Assembly: GCF_000143415.4 (NCBI RefSeq)
Contig: NW_003314329.1
Location: forward strand, 205,421-269,420
Direction of reading: 5' to 3'
Length of the DNA stretch: 64,000 bases
Source of the DNA: Selaginella moellendorffii
Lineage: Eukaryota > Plantae > Lycopodiophyta
Shown here: positions 51,449-64,000 of the stretch, one piece after another
How the letters are laid out: each line of letters starts with the position of its first letter
Numbering within the stretch: position 1 is the first letter of the stretch
The notes under the pieces: generated by a model
Told to the model about the DNA's origin: nothing
Database searches by the model: none
Seen by the model: the letters and a program-made list of their open reading frames with translations, nothing else
Position numbers and translations under genes: made by a program

Positions 51449-53890
51449 TATCCCTTTACTACTTACTTTTAGCTTCACCCATTCCTTCGGTTATTCTCTT
51501 CTAGATTAGGAGGATAGCTTTGCACTTTCTACCATACCTTAGCAAGTATGCATAGGGATGAACCTACTTGATAGCCTAATGAGTGGTTCCTCAATCCAGG
51601 TATACTCACATTGTAATCCCAGACACTGGGATTAATGTTGTTACTTATGGGCCTTTATATACCCATCATTAGCCTTGCCAAAATCCCTTTTTGGCTTTGT
51701 CCAATTTGGGTAGATGGACTTCTCCCGCCTTCACAACTTTGGACATTTGGATAGCACCTCCTATCCATCATTTGCTAGGGACTTAGTCCCTTGGGTTTTA
51801 TCTAATGCCCTCATGACACCAAACACCACTTCTTGGTGTTTTAGAGTGTTTGGGTGTCATAATGATGGCCTTTTTTGATAATGAGCATTCCCTTTATGAC
51901 ATTAACTTACTATATCACAATTTAAGCAATTTATCCCCCATAAGGGTACATCGAACTTCTTTATCCTAATAAAAAGTCTTGGGTAGCTACCTTCTACCAG
52001 TTTAATCAATTATTATTTTACAAGTTTTACTTAGTTGTTTCATAGTGGTCAAGTCTTGCAACTCATTGCTGGTGATTCCACACCTCTATCATTATCTGGG
52101 TCATCACATTCTAATCGCATGCCTTCCAGCTTAGTGTAAGTCACAAATTTTTATTTTCCAATTTGCCAGCTTACCTCATCTATCCGACCAACTCTACCTT
52201 AGCTTGTGCTAAGTTCCCTCACCAAGGTTCCCGCCTATGGTACCAGCTCCTACTTGGTCCTACTTGGTTTCAGTTACTTATTGCACAAGCAACAGAGTGT
52301 TAGCCATCCATCTACGGATTCCCAAATCTCTCCCAATCCCCCTCTCCGGGTTAGACTGGATTTAAGGTTCGGCTACACTCCCCGCAGGCACAAACAGCCA
52401 AGCACACCAAGCCTCCAGATTCCTAACACCCCTTGGTACCACAAGACTTGATCATGGGACCCTCTAAATCCCAAGTCTTGGGTGCAGCACTTGCTTCGGG
52501 ACGTCGGGGCGAAACACCGTGGCCTAACGGCCTGGTATGGGTACCTCTACCCCCCCACTTCCATCCCGAAGGGAAGGCCCAAGCCCCTAGGAAGGGCGAG
52601 GACCAATGAGCCACAAGGTACTCAAGTGGGGCACCACTCCACCTGAGCCAGGAGCACCGCAGTCGGTTTCTTTCTGGAGTGGGAGCTGCTCTTGAGCACT
52701 TCCCTGGGTGGCCCCTCCGGCACCACTCAGGCCCATGCTCACTCCCACCCAAGGCCCCTCGGCCCCAGTCTCAACCTCAAGTCAGTTTGGAAGCACCACT
52801 GGAGAGTTCCTTCAAGACTGGTTCCTGGACCTCACTATCCCTACTATACTTTTGGAACACCCTGCAGCCCCCCCCCCCCCCCCCCCCCCGGGAGACGCAC
52901 GCTTTGGGCTTTCACCCCTTGACCCATATTAGTATTTGGACTTAGTCTCTGGCTCGATCTCGGACCCGATTTCGGATCCGACTTCGGATTCGGTCTCGGA
53001 CTCGATCTCGGACTTGATCTCGGACCCGATCTCGGACACGACCTCGGACTCGACCTCGGACTCGGTCTCGGACCTGATTTCGGATCTCGGACTCCGTCTC
53101 GAACTCGGTCTCGAACTCTTACTCGAACTCGGTCCCCGAGTCGGTCTCGGACTCGATTCCGGACTCTATCTCGAACTCAGACCTAGAGTCGGTCTTGGAC
53201 TCGATCCTCGACTTGGTCCCATCCGATAAACTCTTTGTCATTTCGGTCAAGCTTTTGGGGATCCTTTAGCCTACGACATCTCGGGGAGTCAGTTCCTTAC
53301 ACTTAGGCTATGCCATTCCCATTTCTATTAGGATTTCTTTGGAGAGGGGTTTTCATGAACCTGCCAACTTGACTTCAAAGCATCATGCCTTGGAGCATTC
53401 GGTGTCTCCACACCATCAGCTCCACAAACCTACCTTTATGACACTTCTTACTTGTGTCTAAGTCTTTGCCAAGATCAATACCGTTGTTTGTCATGCCAAT
53501 TATCCATTAGCATATACTATAGAGTTTACACACAACTTTGTGTCAAAGTTGTTTTCTCCTAGGAACACCTTTCTCACGACTTGAGTATGGCACCTTCTGG
53601 CATCAATGAAATACCCACTGTTCTTATATTTGGATCTTATGATCCTCCCCAACCTTCATGGGGCATAACACACCTCAGTCCAAATGCTTCTACCAATCCC
53701 TTAGGACCATTCCTTGACTCTACTTGAGTCTTCTAACTTTTTGGACTTTGTTAATCCGATGACCCATAAAGTCCCACTTTTGAGGTGTTAGCTTGCTAGA
53801 ATACAACCTATTGTATTCACTTCCACTTTGACCACTACTACATGGCACCCTTTTGGCTCCACTTTAGGACTTAGGGATTTATGTCTCACA
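51449..53890 (-). mobile_element. Diverged family A internal fragment plus LTR tip (about 53822-53890)
   Basis: Collinear with 25377-26570 and ends GTCTCACA at 53890. Confidence 0.8.
52135..53301 (-). mobile_element. Solo LTR, family B
   Basis: TGTAAG...CTTACA termini. Exact TSD CTTAG (52130-52134, 53302-53306). Reverse complement of 8632-9789. Empty site CAGCTTAGGCT near 26056. Confidence 0.93.
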
Positions 53891-54849
53891 CTCATAACAT
53901 GGAAATAGGGAGTGAAGAGCTTCTTCTCATTTGAAGTCAAGGAAGCACAAGATGGTCTCTTGACTAGCAAGGAGGAAGTCCATAGGGAGATCCCCAAGCT
54001 ATGGAAGAAATGGATCAAGCAAGGAGTTGAGGCAAATTATATGGTGAATAACACGCTTGCATTCTAGAAATTACCAATACAGGAGAAAGTTAAGGCCACC
54101 TCTTGATTGGTGGCAAACCAGGGGTTATCAGTGGGATAGTGGTTCTAGGAGGAAGCATGCAAGGAGTGTGGCAACTTGACATGTGGGAGTGTAATGTGGT
54201 GAGAGAGGTATAGCGATAGATTCTCATTGTGACACATGAATTAGGAGATGTTCCAAAGTTTGTGGTTAGGAGTGGGCATATTCTCCACTGGTTCAAAAGA
54301 GCAAGAGGCCCAGCCACTGGTCTGGCTTGGAAATGTATTTGATGTTGAGGATGACACAGATGGAGTATGCAAGTCTAGTGGGATATGACAAAGGCTGAAG
54401 TCAATATGTAAATTTCGGAGGCAATGGGCCATAACCACTAGTCTATCTAGAGAGTGATAAGAGTGCAAGCACTTTGAGAGGCATAGAATCATTGTCACTT
54501 CAATGGACATGCGGTGGCGGCCTCATGGTAGAGACTTACTTGTCCATTTCCTAAAAGAGTGGGTGAAACCTAGTCGACTAGAGGAGTGGAGGAACATGTG
54601 GCTCCTATGTTTTGGGAGAATGGTTGACAACAAGATCCGCTGGCAGTGGCTCCATTTTGTGCTCGACTCAAGAGGGAGGTTTGGATATCAACATGATTTG
54701 AAGGAGACGACCACACTCACTTCTATTTCATGACTAGGTCTAGTTGAGATATAAAAGTGTCATAAAGAGTAACTCAATGAGAGGGCAGCATGCCCAAATT
54801 TTAATTGATCTCGAAGTTTGTCTATTGCTTTTTGATTCTATGGAAGAGG

Positions 54850-55556
54850 ACGGCCAACTTGAAATTTAAGATACCTTTTTAAGCCATTTGAAATCCCATT
54901 CCTTTCCCTAGAAATATACAAACAAATTTGCCCTAATTTATTTTAGAACCTGCTGCAAGATTGAAAAAATCTAGATCCTCCTTAACTTTATTCATGTTTT
55001 CCAAGATTCCTTTTGCTACTATTCTAGTGTCACTTACAAAGGCACTAGAATTCAACTGGTTTTCTACCATTGCAGCTGTATCTTGCAATGAGTCTTAATA
55101 CCCAAGCAACACCATCCCTTCTGGCCCTTCTAGTCTGGTTAGATAGTGTGCTAAAGTATCAGCCACAAATACGAACAAAAAGGAGCCCTTGTCTTACTGA
55201 TCATTGTAACTTAATCGTATTGCCAACTGTCCCATTTATTGTGACTTTGCTTGTTGCATCTGAATAGAGAGTGCAATCCATCTTATGAATTTATCCAGAA
55301 TTCCAATTTTTTTCCATTGTTAATTGTAAGAACTCCCAATCCACTCTATCATATGTTTTCTCAAAATCTGCAAACCTCAATACTTAACTTATTCTTGAGT
55401 TAGCAACACTGTCAATATGTTATCTACCAACTATCTCCCTTCTACAAAGCCATTCTGAGTATCATGTATTGTTAGGAGAATCGATCTTAATATTTTAGCC
55501 AAAGCCTTAGCTATGATCTTATAAAGTGTATTATGCATTAAAATTGGCCTCCAATT
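54850..55556 (-). pseudogene. L1-type LINE reverse transcriptase remnant
   Basis: Minus-strand translation gives NWRPILMHNTLYKIIAKALAKIL, QNGFVEGR, DFEKTYDRVDW and VRQG, with stops and frameshifts. The left boundary is approximate. Confidence 0.8.
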
Positions 55557-57717
55557 CTAGTCTGACTTTGTCAATTGGGCTTTTCATATGGGCAAAGCTG
55601 GTGTCTATACAACAAAGTCTGTAGGCAACAGGCATGCTTAGGCAGAAGCCTGGCCAAGGAGATGCCACTCTCTAGTGACAAGATCACAAGATGGAACATT
55701 TTGGGAGTTCATTTTGTCAAGAGAGTAGAGCTCCTGCAAACAGTGCTTGATCCAGGATCCATAGGAATAGAGGAAATCCAAACTCACCTTAGTACACAAT
55801 TACTGTTGTTAGAAGCACGAAAAAATCATCACTGGTTTCCAACCTGGCATTCTTTCGGCCGGCTGGCACCAAAGATTGACAAGGCAAAGCTATGCACATC
55901 AGACGCAGTTACAGATCTTCCGTATCCAGGCACCTGGTTACAGACTCAACCAGGTAACACTTTCAAGGTGCTTTTGTAATCCTCATATACAGCCAGGCGT
56001 TTCCTTTTTTGGTTTTTATTTTCTTTCAGAAACACCTTATAAAAGGTTAGCACAAAGGGATTCAGCTACCATGCCATGTTTAGTTTAGACAGATGAGGGA
56101 TTGTTTTGAAGATACTATGAAAAAAGAATATGTTTAGGATCCAATCTACTACCCAAAACTCTTAACGGTATCAGCTGTGAAAGGCTTTCAAAGTTCTGGT
56201 CAAGGTGTCATAACGGTACAAGCTGATTTTCCTTTTCCAACGGTGGCTCCACAAGCTGAAAGTAGCCTTCGTGCCATGATGACGTCGGAGCGAGACAAAT
56301 CCACTGCCACGATGAGTATGGAGCACGCGCTTCAATTTCTTGTATGAATCAGTCTCCTGCATTAAATTTCTCTATACCTTGGTGTTTGTGTTGGCTACTT
56401 GGCGGAAGTGGTGGTGATCAGCTATGGCTTCTACTGAATCGAAGGTGATAGCCGGGCCTGGCTTTTGGGACTACATTCTCATTTGCGCATCACTCTGATC
56501 TGCAAAGCTTCTGCAACTGGAGGATGCAAGCAGGCCCTACTCTGACTCCAAGACGCAACCAGCTTGTTCTACTCTCCAGCCAGAGGGCTTCTTGCTTGGG
56601 GATGGAGCACGCTCAAAGCCTACTCAAAGCTCTCCAGGCTTCACTGGTCCCGGGTTTCTTCGTGACCAAGTTCAAGCCCATGCTCGAAAAGACTCCAGGA
56701 GGATGGTGTCTCTCTGGAGCGACGTTTCCAAAAGCAAGATGGAAAAGATGGCAGGGATCGTGAAGGGGAAGCATTGCTCCAGCTCCCCATACGAGTTCAT
56801 TCCTGCTCAAGATCGTCCTAAAGCTCAAAGACGTGGCAATCTTGTGCAAGGGTGATGTTGGTGGTGGGACGATCGACTTGGTGGTGCATGTCTATCATAA
56901 AAGGCATGTGAGGTTTCTGCAAGCTCTGGGGAGTTGGGAGGAGGAACATATGTTGACAGGATTTGCTCAAGAGAAAGATTGGGTGCTTGGAAAACTTTGA
57001 TGATCCATGAGCTCACAAGGTGGTGACTGGGGTCACTTGGGAAGAGCAGCTCACCAGCTGAAGTCAAGGTGTTTGAAACCACCCGAAAGCTCTCTAAGGC
57101 GTGGAAGAAGTTGGATGAGCAGCTGGAAGTACTATGAGATCAAGCTTAGCAAAGAACTGAGGGTCATCTTTGACACCAAGGTGGACAAGGTTCTAGCTAA
57201 GCAGCTTGATGCAAGCATAAAATATATCTTTGTGGTCGGGAGATGCCCGTACTTGATGAAGATTGAAGAGGAGAGCAATGATCGCGCCTCCAGGTGCTGC
57301 CATTGCAAAGCGTAGTAGTGGCTCTCGGGTTTGGGAGCGCTGGCGTTGTTTCCAGAATCTTCACGAAATGGTACAGTTGTAGTTCTTGTCAGAGATTTGA
57401 AGGTGACTGAGGATTACAAATTCATGGAGTTGAGAGGTGCAAAGATCGATTTTTATATTGATCAGAAAACCATGCCAATTCGACAACGTCAACCGAGAAG
57501 CTCTTCCTCTCAGGGTTTACCAAGAGAATTTTGTTCATGGGGTGAACATATTAGCTTTTCTATCAAGATGACAAATTTGCACAATAACCTTCAAGCTCCT
57601 TTTACTGACTTCAACAAATTAAGAGCAGCCATTAACGAGGGAAAAGTTTAGGCGGAGATATATTACACGGCTAGACAACGATTCTAGACAACCTAAAGTG
57701 GGTGAATTCGATTCCTC

Positions 57718-58340
<623 letters not shown>

Positions 58341-58360
58341 TCAAGCCCTAGGACTGGCAC

Positions 58361-58490
58361 TATTTATATTAGCACTCACGTGTTTGCTCCCGACGGTCCC
58401 GATCACTTCTTACGAAACGCACGGGCACGATGTGTTTTAGAAAGCACGATCCTCGTGAACCGTGCTGATTGGCTGAGCTCAATGACGTGG
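58361..58490 (-). promoter_or_regulatory. Histone gene promoter elements
   Basis: On the minus strand: TATAAATA near 58361-58368, octamer-like CGAGGATC 58448-58455, CCAAT 58468-58472 and hexamer-containing CCACGTCA 58483-58490. Confidence 0.7.
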
Positions 58491-58527
58491 CAAAAACTAT
58501 TTAGTTATAGGAGGATTCATTTAGTTT

Positions 58528-59459
58528 TTAGACATAAATTTTAAGATGTATTTCGATCTTTTTCTTCTTCCTTGTTCTGTTGGCCTTTTTCTCTCCTTTT
58601 CTTTTCTTGGGCACCTCCACGCTGTTGTTCTCTTCACTCTTGTTCTCCTCAGGAGGCTTCTGCAGTGTCATTCGTGACAATTGGAAAGAAGAAATAGAAA
58701 CTTACATCTTTTCTTTTCTTGGGCACCTCCACGCTGTTGTTCTTTTCACTCTTGTTCTCCTCAGTAGGCTTCTGCAGTGTCATTCGTGACAATTGGAAAG
58801 AAGAAATAGAAACTTACATCTTCTTCATTAGCAGTCTCCTTTGTGCTGGCAGCATCGATCTTGTTGATAATGGACTTGTCTATTTTAACAATGTTCACAA
58901 CCTCGCCCTCGACATCTTCTTCACGGCAGGTTCTGGACGCCGGAAGCAAATTGCCAACAGCTGGGTTATGATATGTGACCCAGCTCTTAACCGTCAAAAC
59001 CTTTTCGAACCCGTCACCCTCAATCCCCTTTGACCTCAGGCACTGCGCAAGCTTCTCCTGCATCTCTAGAGCTGATAAGCTAGCAAGCTCTTTGGTGGTC
59101 ATGGAGAAGTCGATCAATAGAGCCTTTGCCGACTTGAAGTCTCCATTGAACTCCCTGACCAGCTTTCGATAGCCCCACTTCGTGAGCTTGTCAGCGTTCG
59201 CTTCTTCCAACAGACCCAACTCGACAAGAACTTGCTTATCAATCCCTGGTGCCACATCTTTTGTTCTGAGTTGCCTGGCCTTTATATGTCGACCAAGTGA
59301 GTTGTACATCTCGGCTTTTGTTGCAAATCCATCCCACCACTCTTGTGGCATCACACCCTCAAAGCTCAGACGCCATGCATAAGCTCGACTTGGGAAAACT
59401 CTCGTCTCCATCCTATTTGCAGCAGCCCTAACCCTAAACCCTAAACCCTTGGCCTCCAT
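58528..59459 (-). CDS. Unknown protein with a lysine-rich, NLS-like duplicated C-terminal exon
   Basis: Long open frame from about 59459 (or 59411) to 58818, two 46-nt GT-AG introns, a 66-nt symmetric exon and TAA at 58528. No family recognised. Confidence 0.6.
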
Positions 59460-59509
59460 TTCTCTTGATAAAAGAACATTCCTAAATATTCCCTTCTCCG
59501 TTTGAAGGT

Positions 59510-60792
59510 TCAGCGGAGGTTTTTGCCGTGCCTGTCCTCGTCCTTCCGCTTGTGTTGCTGGACCCCCTGGATAGCCTGAGCTGCTTGTCTGGAAACACAT
59601 CAATCAATCAATCAATCACAAGACTCAAAGCCAGCGTAACGACGTACGCGAAATTCAGAGCAGCTGCATTTGCGGACACCAGAGCCGCGGCCAGAGCGTT
59701 CTGGCTACTCAACGATGCACCACCAATGCTCCGAGAGTCGGGCTCAACCTATTGGCGACACAATACGCAAAATGAAAGGCATGAAACGAGAAAGAAGTCT
59801 CACCTTATCCCACTTGCTTTTCTTGTTGGTCCTGCTTTCAGGCTTTGGAGCAGCCGCAGCAGCCGCCTCGTTCAAGGATGGTATTGATGCGTTAACGTTC
59901 ACTACAAGCTTTGCACCATCAGAAACCACAAACTTGTGTGCCACACATACCACAGACCTTTCTGCTGCATCATCTTCGCGGCGGCAGCGAGAGTGTTCGC
60001 TCGCACAAACTCCAGCTTCTGGTTCTGCTTCCTCTCCATGTCTCTACGGTCGAATTCCCGTTTCTGCTCGAGTGCTAGAAGAGAAGACTCGGGTCAGGAC
60101 CGAGGTACCGAGAGCGCACGCATAACTTACCGAGAGCGTCATAGAAGTCCTCGGGATCATAGCCATGTGGATCAAATATCTCCTTCTTGAAGCAGCTCCC
60201 GAGTTGATCCACGCCCTGGTGGATTACAGCACGGTGCAAGAAGTCGGGATTCCGGTAGCCTTTCGAGTTTCGGAGCTCGTCGTTGAAACTCCTGCCAGCA
60301 TCTTTGAGCGACAAGAACCAGGTGAACTTGTCCTGCAAAACTACGATGATACACGTAAAGGAGAAGGAAAAAAGAGGGAGACACCCACCTGTAGCTCGTC
60401 AGAACACTTGCATGTTGGTGGCGATGGAAGAAAATCTGCGACTAAGCTCTCGTCGAGACACACGAGCTCTTCTTGTTGCGGCGTGACTTGTTCTCGGGGT
60501 GCTGGAGGAGAGGAATTTGGATCTGGCGGAGCCACAGCGGTGGCGGTGGCGCCGCCAGCTTCTTCTTCTCCTTCTTCTTTCGAAACTCCTAGCTCCGCGG
60601 CCTAGCGCAAAAAACAAAGCAACTCACTGCCTTGGAACCCATGCCATCACTCACCTCCACCTCTGTCGCCTCGTCGTGCGCGTAATCCACAATGGCGGCA
60701 GCCTCCTTGCCCTCCTCCTCCTCTCCATCGTCGTCCTCGTCCTCGTCGTTGTAGAGCGAGAGCAGGGCAATTCCCTCCGCCTTGCGCTTCAT
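59510..60792 (-). CDS. SAP30BP: SAP30-binding protein / HCNGP-like
   Basis: Exons encode MKRKAEGIALLSLY, DFLPSPP, GRSFNDELRNSKGYRNPDFL, FDPHGYDPEDFYD and KKSKWDK. The last exon is my reconstruction. Confidence 0.88.
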
Positions 60793-60828
60793 TTGCTGGA
60801 AACCCTAGCCTCACTAGGGAACTTGGCC

Positions 60829-62890
60829 ATGGCGATTCTGCTGGACGAGGAGGAGGAGGAGGAGCTGTGGTGGATTCCCGTCCCCACGGCGCAGCAGGGC
60901 CGCTGCCGCAAGGTATGCATTGGAGGCGCGCTGTGCTCCGTGCTCAATGCAGCGGTGGATTTTCACCACCATCGTAGGTATTGTTGGAGCTCCGTCGCTG
61001 TCTCTCATGAAGCTTCTTGTTTTGGCTAGTGCGTCGGGATGGCCTCTTCCAGCTCGCCAGCGCTCTTGGAGCGGACAGCAAGAGCCTGGTACCATTGGTC
61101 ACACTCCACAATCTGGGGAGCTCCACGAGCACACACGGAGCACACACCGAGGAGAAATCCAGGCCGGCCAAGCCGAATGGATTTGTTTTCAGCAAGGGCC
61201 TGGGCTTCGCGGGACAAGTATTTGGCCTCTACTCGAGCTCTCGCAGCTGCCTTGTGGGTGTGGAAGAGAAGCGGTACCTCAAAGACCTTCCATTCTCTTG
61301 CTCTTTCGTCAAGAGGTAGGCTCGCATGCATCTAATCTCCTCTTTACAGGATTATGGTGCTATGGTGACAGGTTTCTGTCCAAGATACTTCGCGTCGAGG
61401 CTTCCAAAGGCCCAGCGTTTCACTTCTATATCAATCACGATGATGCAAGTATGCTTTGCATGTCCTAGGTGAAATAGAGAGATCGACACAAGCCTCGTCG
61501 CTAAACTCGGTCGTGTGTTTTATCTTGTGTCATGCCAGAGGCGTATCTCAATCGCTTAAAGGTGCCCGACATGGAGATTGGTTCCGTTCCCTTGCATCTC
61601 GCATATAAGTTCTTTAAGGTAAAAAGTTCTTCAACACTGGTTTCTTTCTTTGTATTAATACGTTGCTTGTTTTGCTCACAGGAAAGGCCTTCGCTGTTTA
61701 GTTTCATTCCTTCGAAAAAACAGGTAGCTGCGCTGCGCAGCTTATCAAGTGACAACTCACATCCATGCCTGCAGGTAGATCTTGCCAAAACCATTATAAA
61801 GAAGGAGCAAGGTGGAAAGGCCGCTCAACAATTTCAAGGTGTTCCGGTGTTCACATCTCACTGTTTGAGCATTCTTGTCGTTGGGCCTAGTGGTGCGCGG
61901 TGGTACGTTAACGTTTTCTTCCTTGAGTAAGATATAATGCCGTGGTACAGGTTCAGGCCACATTTTTTTAAAAAGGAAGAGCTGGACGGGGTGATTAGAT
62001 CGTCTATGGAACATCACTATCAGTCACTGATTCGAAATCGACGGGCTCGAAGACACAATCAAGTGAGCGACTTCCCGTCGGATATGGCTGAAGATGACCT
62101 CGAGATGCTGGAGTCACAAGACGTATATTTGCCTAGCGAATTTTCGTACTGATAAAATATTCTATGTTCACAGATTCAGGATTTTGTAGAGGACATGGAC
62201 GAATGGAGCTCTGTGCTCGAGTCGATCATGGCCAAGGCTGCACAGATGTATTTTCAAGACACCTTGGATAGAGCCATTTTTGGGAACAAGTGGTGCAGAA
62301 TGCTAGCCGGAATCCAACCGAGCTTTCCCATCTTAGTGGACTCATTCGAGCGAAGGTACTCTTGAAAGCTGTTCTCACAAGGGTCATATCGTGCTGCTTA
62401 CAGGGTGACATCTGAGACGGAGAATGCCGTTGTCAGCCACCACGAACAGAAGAAACCTCACAAAGGTAAAGAAGCTCTTCTTGGATTTTGGTTCTGACTG
62501 CTGTGTTTTGTTTTTTTGGCAACAGCCAGTGGATGGTTTGACAGATTGGGACTCAACTTGCCAGCTCAAACGTGCGTTGATCCGCTAATTTCTATATATG
62601 CGTTCCCACTGACGCTGTTATCGTTCTCCAGGCCCGAAGACGAGGAGGAGCTAAGCACGCAAACTCCACATCTAACTGTAGTCGCCGGCATTGCTGGAAG
62701 TTCCACAGACCAGGTGGTGAAAGCCGCGTCTTCTGCGATTCAAGAGGCCAGAGACAAGATTGAGAGGAACGAAATGACTCTGGAAAATCTTTTCATTGCG
62801 GACTTGGGTGGTCCTCATATATGGTCCAATCCCAGCGCGGGGCTGTCCGGACTTGGAGGAGGATCATCTGACGAGCGTAGCGAAGCATAG
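60829..62890 (+). CDS. Tic22-like family protein, multi-exon
   Basis: Exons encode GLGFAGQVF, GPAFHFYI, DMEIGSVPLHLAY, FSFIP, FQGVPVFT and PHFFKKEELD, resembling the long plant Tic22-like proteins. The start codon is uncertain. Confidence 0.72.
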
Positions 62891-62897
62891 ATAACTG

Positions 62898-63260
62898 TCA
62901 GCTGTGCTGGTGGTGTTTGAGCACATCGCGGACCTCGAACGCAGTCCGGCTTTGGACAACAATGTCATACATGTGTGTCGTCTTCAGCTTGGTGAAGTCC
63001 GCCGGCAGCGAGATGAAGTATGGCCCGTTGACGCTGCGAAAGTACTGCCGGCTCTCCTCCGCCTCGGAATCACACCTCTCCCATCCCAGCGCGAAAAGCT
63101 TGTCCTCGAGCAGATCGAAAGACGTGATGACTTCGTTCGTGGCCCGGTACACGAGCTGCTTCTTTGGCGGCTCCCAAGCCTTGAAGTTGTCCAGCGGTTG
63201 CTTCATCGGATTCCGCACAAGCGTGGCCACGCCGTCTCGAAACAGCCACACACCCGACAT
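62898..63260 (-). CDS. FPF1: Flowering-promoting factor 1-like protein
   Basis: Intronless 120 aa: MSGVWLF, NEVITSF, LGWER, ISLPADF, HMYDIVV, FEVRD. Confidence 0.93.
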   Translation of the reverse strand: MSGVWLFRDGVATLVRNPMKQPLDNFKAWEPPKKQLVYRATNEVITSFDLLEDKLFALGWERCDSEAEESRQYFRSVNGPYFISLPADFTKLKTTHMYDIVVQSRTAFEVRDVLKHHQHS

Positions 63261-63643
63261 ACCACCACACTCCCTGGAGAGGAAACGTTAGAGCGCTCAA
63301 GCTTTGCGAAGAAATGAAAAGGAAAGAAGCTGCGAACAGGAGTGAAGTTCTGCGAACCTGAGTCGACCCGCCCCAAGCCGAGACTGCGACTGACAAGGAG
63401 ATCACAAGCGCGAAAAGCAAAGCATTGCTCGGTGACAAAGTCAAGAGAAAAATGATTGCGCGAGCCACTGTAGGCGCCGACTAGTGAGGGAGCGAACGAG
63501 AGGCCGATCCATTTGGAGCCCACGACATCCCAGAAAGGTGACGCATCTCATAATTCCCCCACTCAGCTCGCGGTGCCCCGCTGGTCGGATCCACCAACAG
63601 ATAACTGCTTTGCTCCAAGTACACACGTCCGTACGATGGCCCA

Positions 63644-64000
63644 CTAAGTTGTCACCCGTGCCGCCGAGGCCGAGAGGACCGCAAGCCCGCGGTTGAGATC
63701 GACGAGTGCCTCCTCGCACTCGGACACGAGCTTCTCGAGGGAGCCGTCGGCGCGAGCAGTGGTAGCAGCACCATCTTCCACGGAGGTGGCGGTGGGAGAA
63801 GTTGAAGTTTCAGAGACGGCGGCGATGGCTGCATGCGAGTCCCGCAAGCTACGAAGGTTGCGAAGCAGCTGCAACCACCGGAGGATTGGAGGGTTCAGTG
63901 CAGTTGATTGGTTTTCACGTCTCTCACCTTGAGGAGGAGTTTATACGACTCCAACAGCCGGTTCGCAGCCGGTCCCAATCCATGCAGCTGGGGCAGCTCC
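63644..64000 (-). CDS. AUG7: Augmin complex subunit 7-like, last two exons
   Basis: [24 protein letters not shown], an intron, then [13 protein letters not shown] and [20 protein letters not shown]. The gene runs off the window. Confidence 0.75.

Noticed and set aside
1667-53229. Many long ORFs with MESE, WSPR, RDGV, HLGL and SRTP repeats, up to 405 aa
   Set aside because: They are open in several frames on both strands because the LTR tandem repeats lack stop codons. They are not genes.
53891-57650. Fragmentary plus-strand ORFs on either side of the LINE RT remnant
   Set aside because: They may be further LINE debris, but I could not recognise a diagnostic motif and the frames are broken.
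59425-59450. CCCTAAA repeats as telomere
   Set aside because: Only about three units, typical of an interstitial telobox near a gene start.

Overview
Eukaryotic, land-plant DNA. The ~45-60 nt introns and tightly packed genes suggest a compact lycophyte-type genome such as Selaginella, which is an inference. Bases 1-55.6 kb are a nested transposon cluster with three related non-autonomous LTR families, called A, B and C here. It holds four solo LTRs with exact 5-bp TSDs, a self-nested family C element, a decayed non-chromoviral Ty3/gypsy gag-pol, a 194-bp LTR carrying a 5S rRNA internal promoter (Cassandra-type) and a LINE RT remnant. Bases 57.7-64 kb are gene-dense: histone H3.3, an unknown gene, SAP30BP/HCNGP-like, Tic22-like, FPF1-like and the 3' end of augmin AUG7. 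The main finding is a 12.3-kb DNA transposon (35435-47763) with perfect 21-bp TIRs. It encodes a DDD transposase and a divergent 11-exon gene of about 1630 aa that joins a ParB/Srx-like domain, a degenerate beta-class DNA-methyltransferase-like domain and an FCP1/NIF-type HAD phosphatase. About 18 copies of a 22-bp palindrome (ATGGCRTG-N6-CAYGCCAT) are dispersed across the element and were not seen outside it, suggesting a ParB/parS-like system on a plant transposon. Domain calls come from motif recognition by eye and need HMM or structure confirmation.
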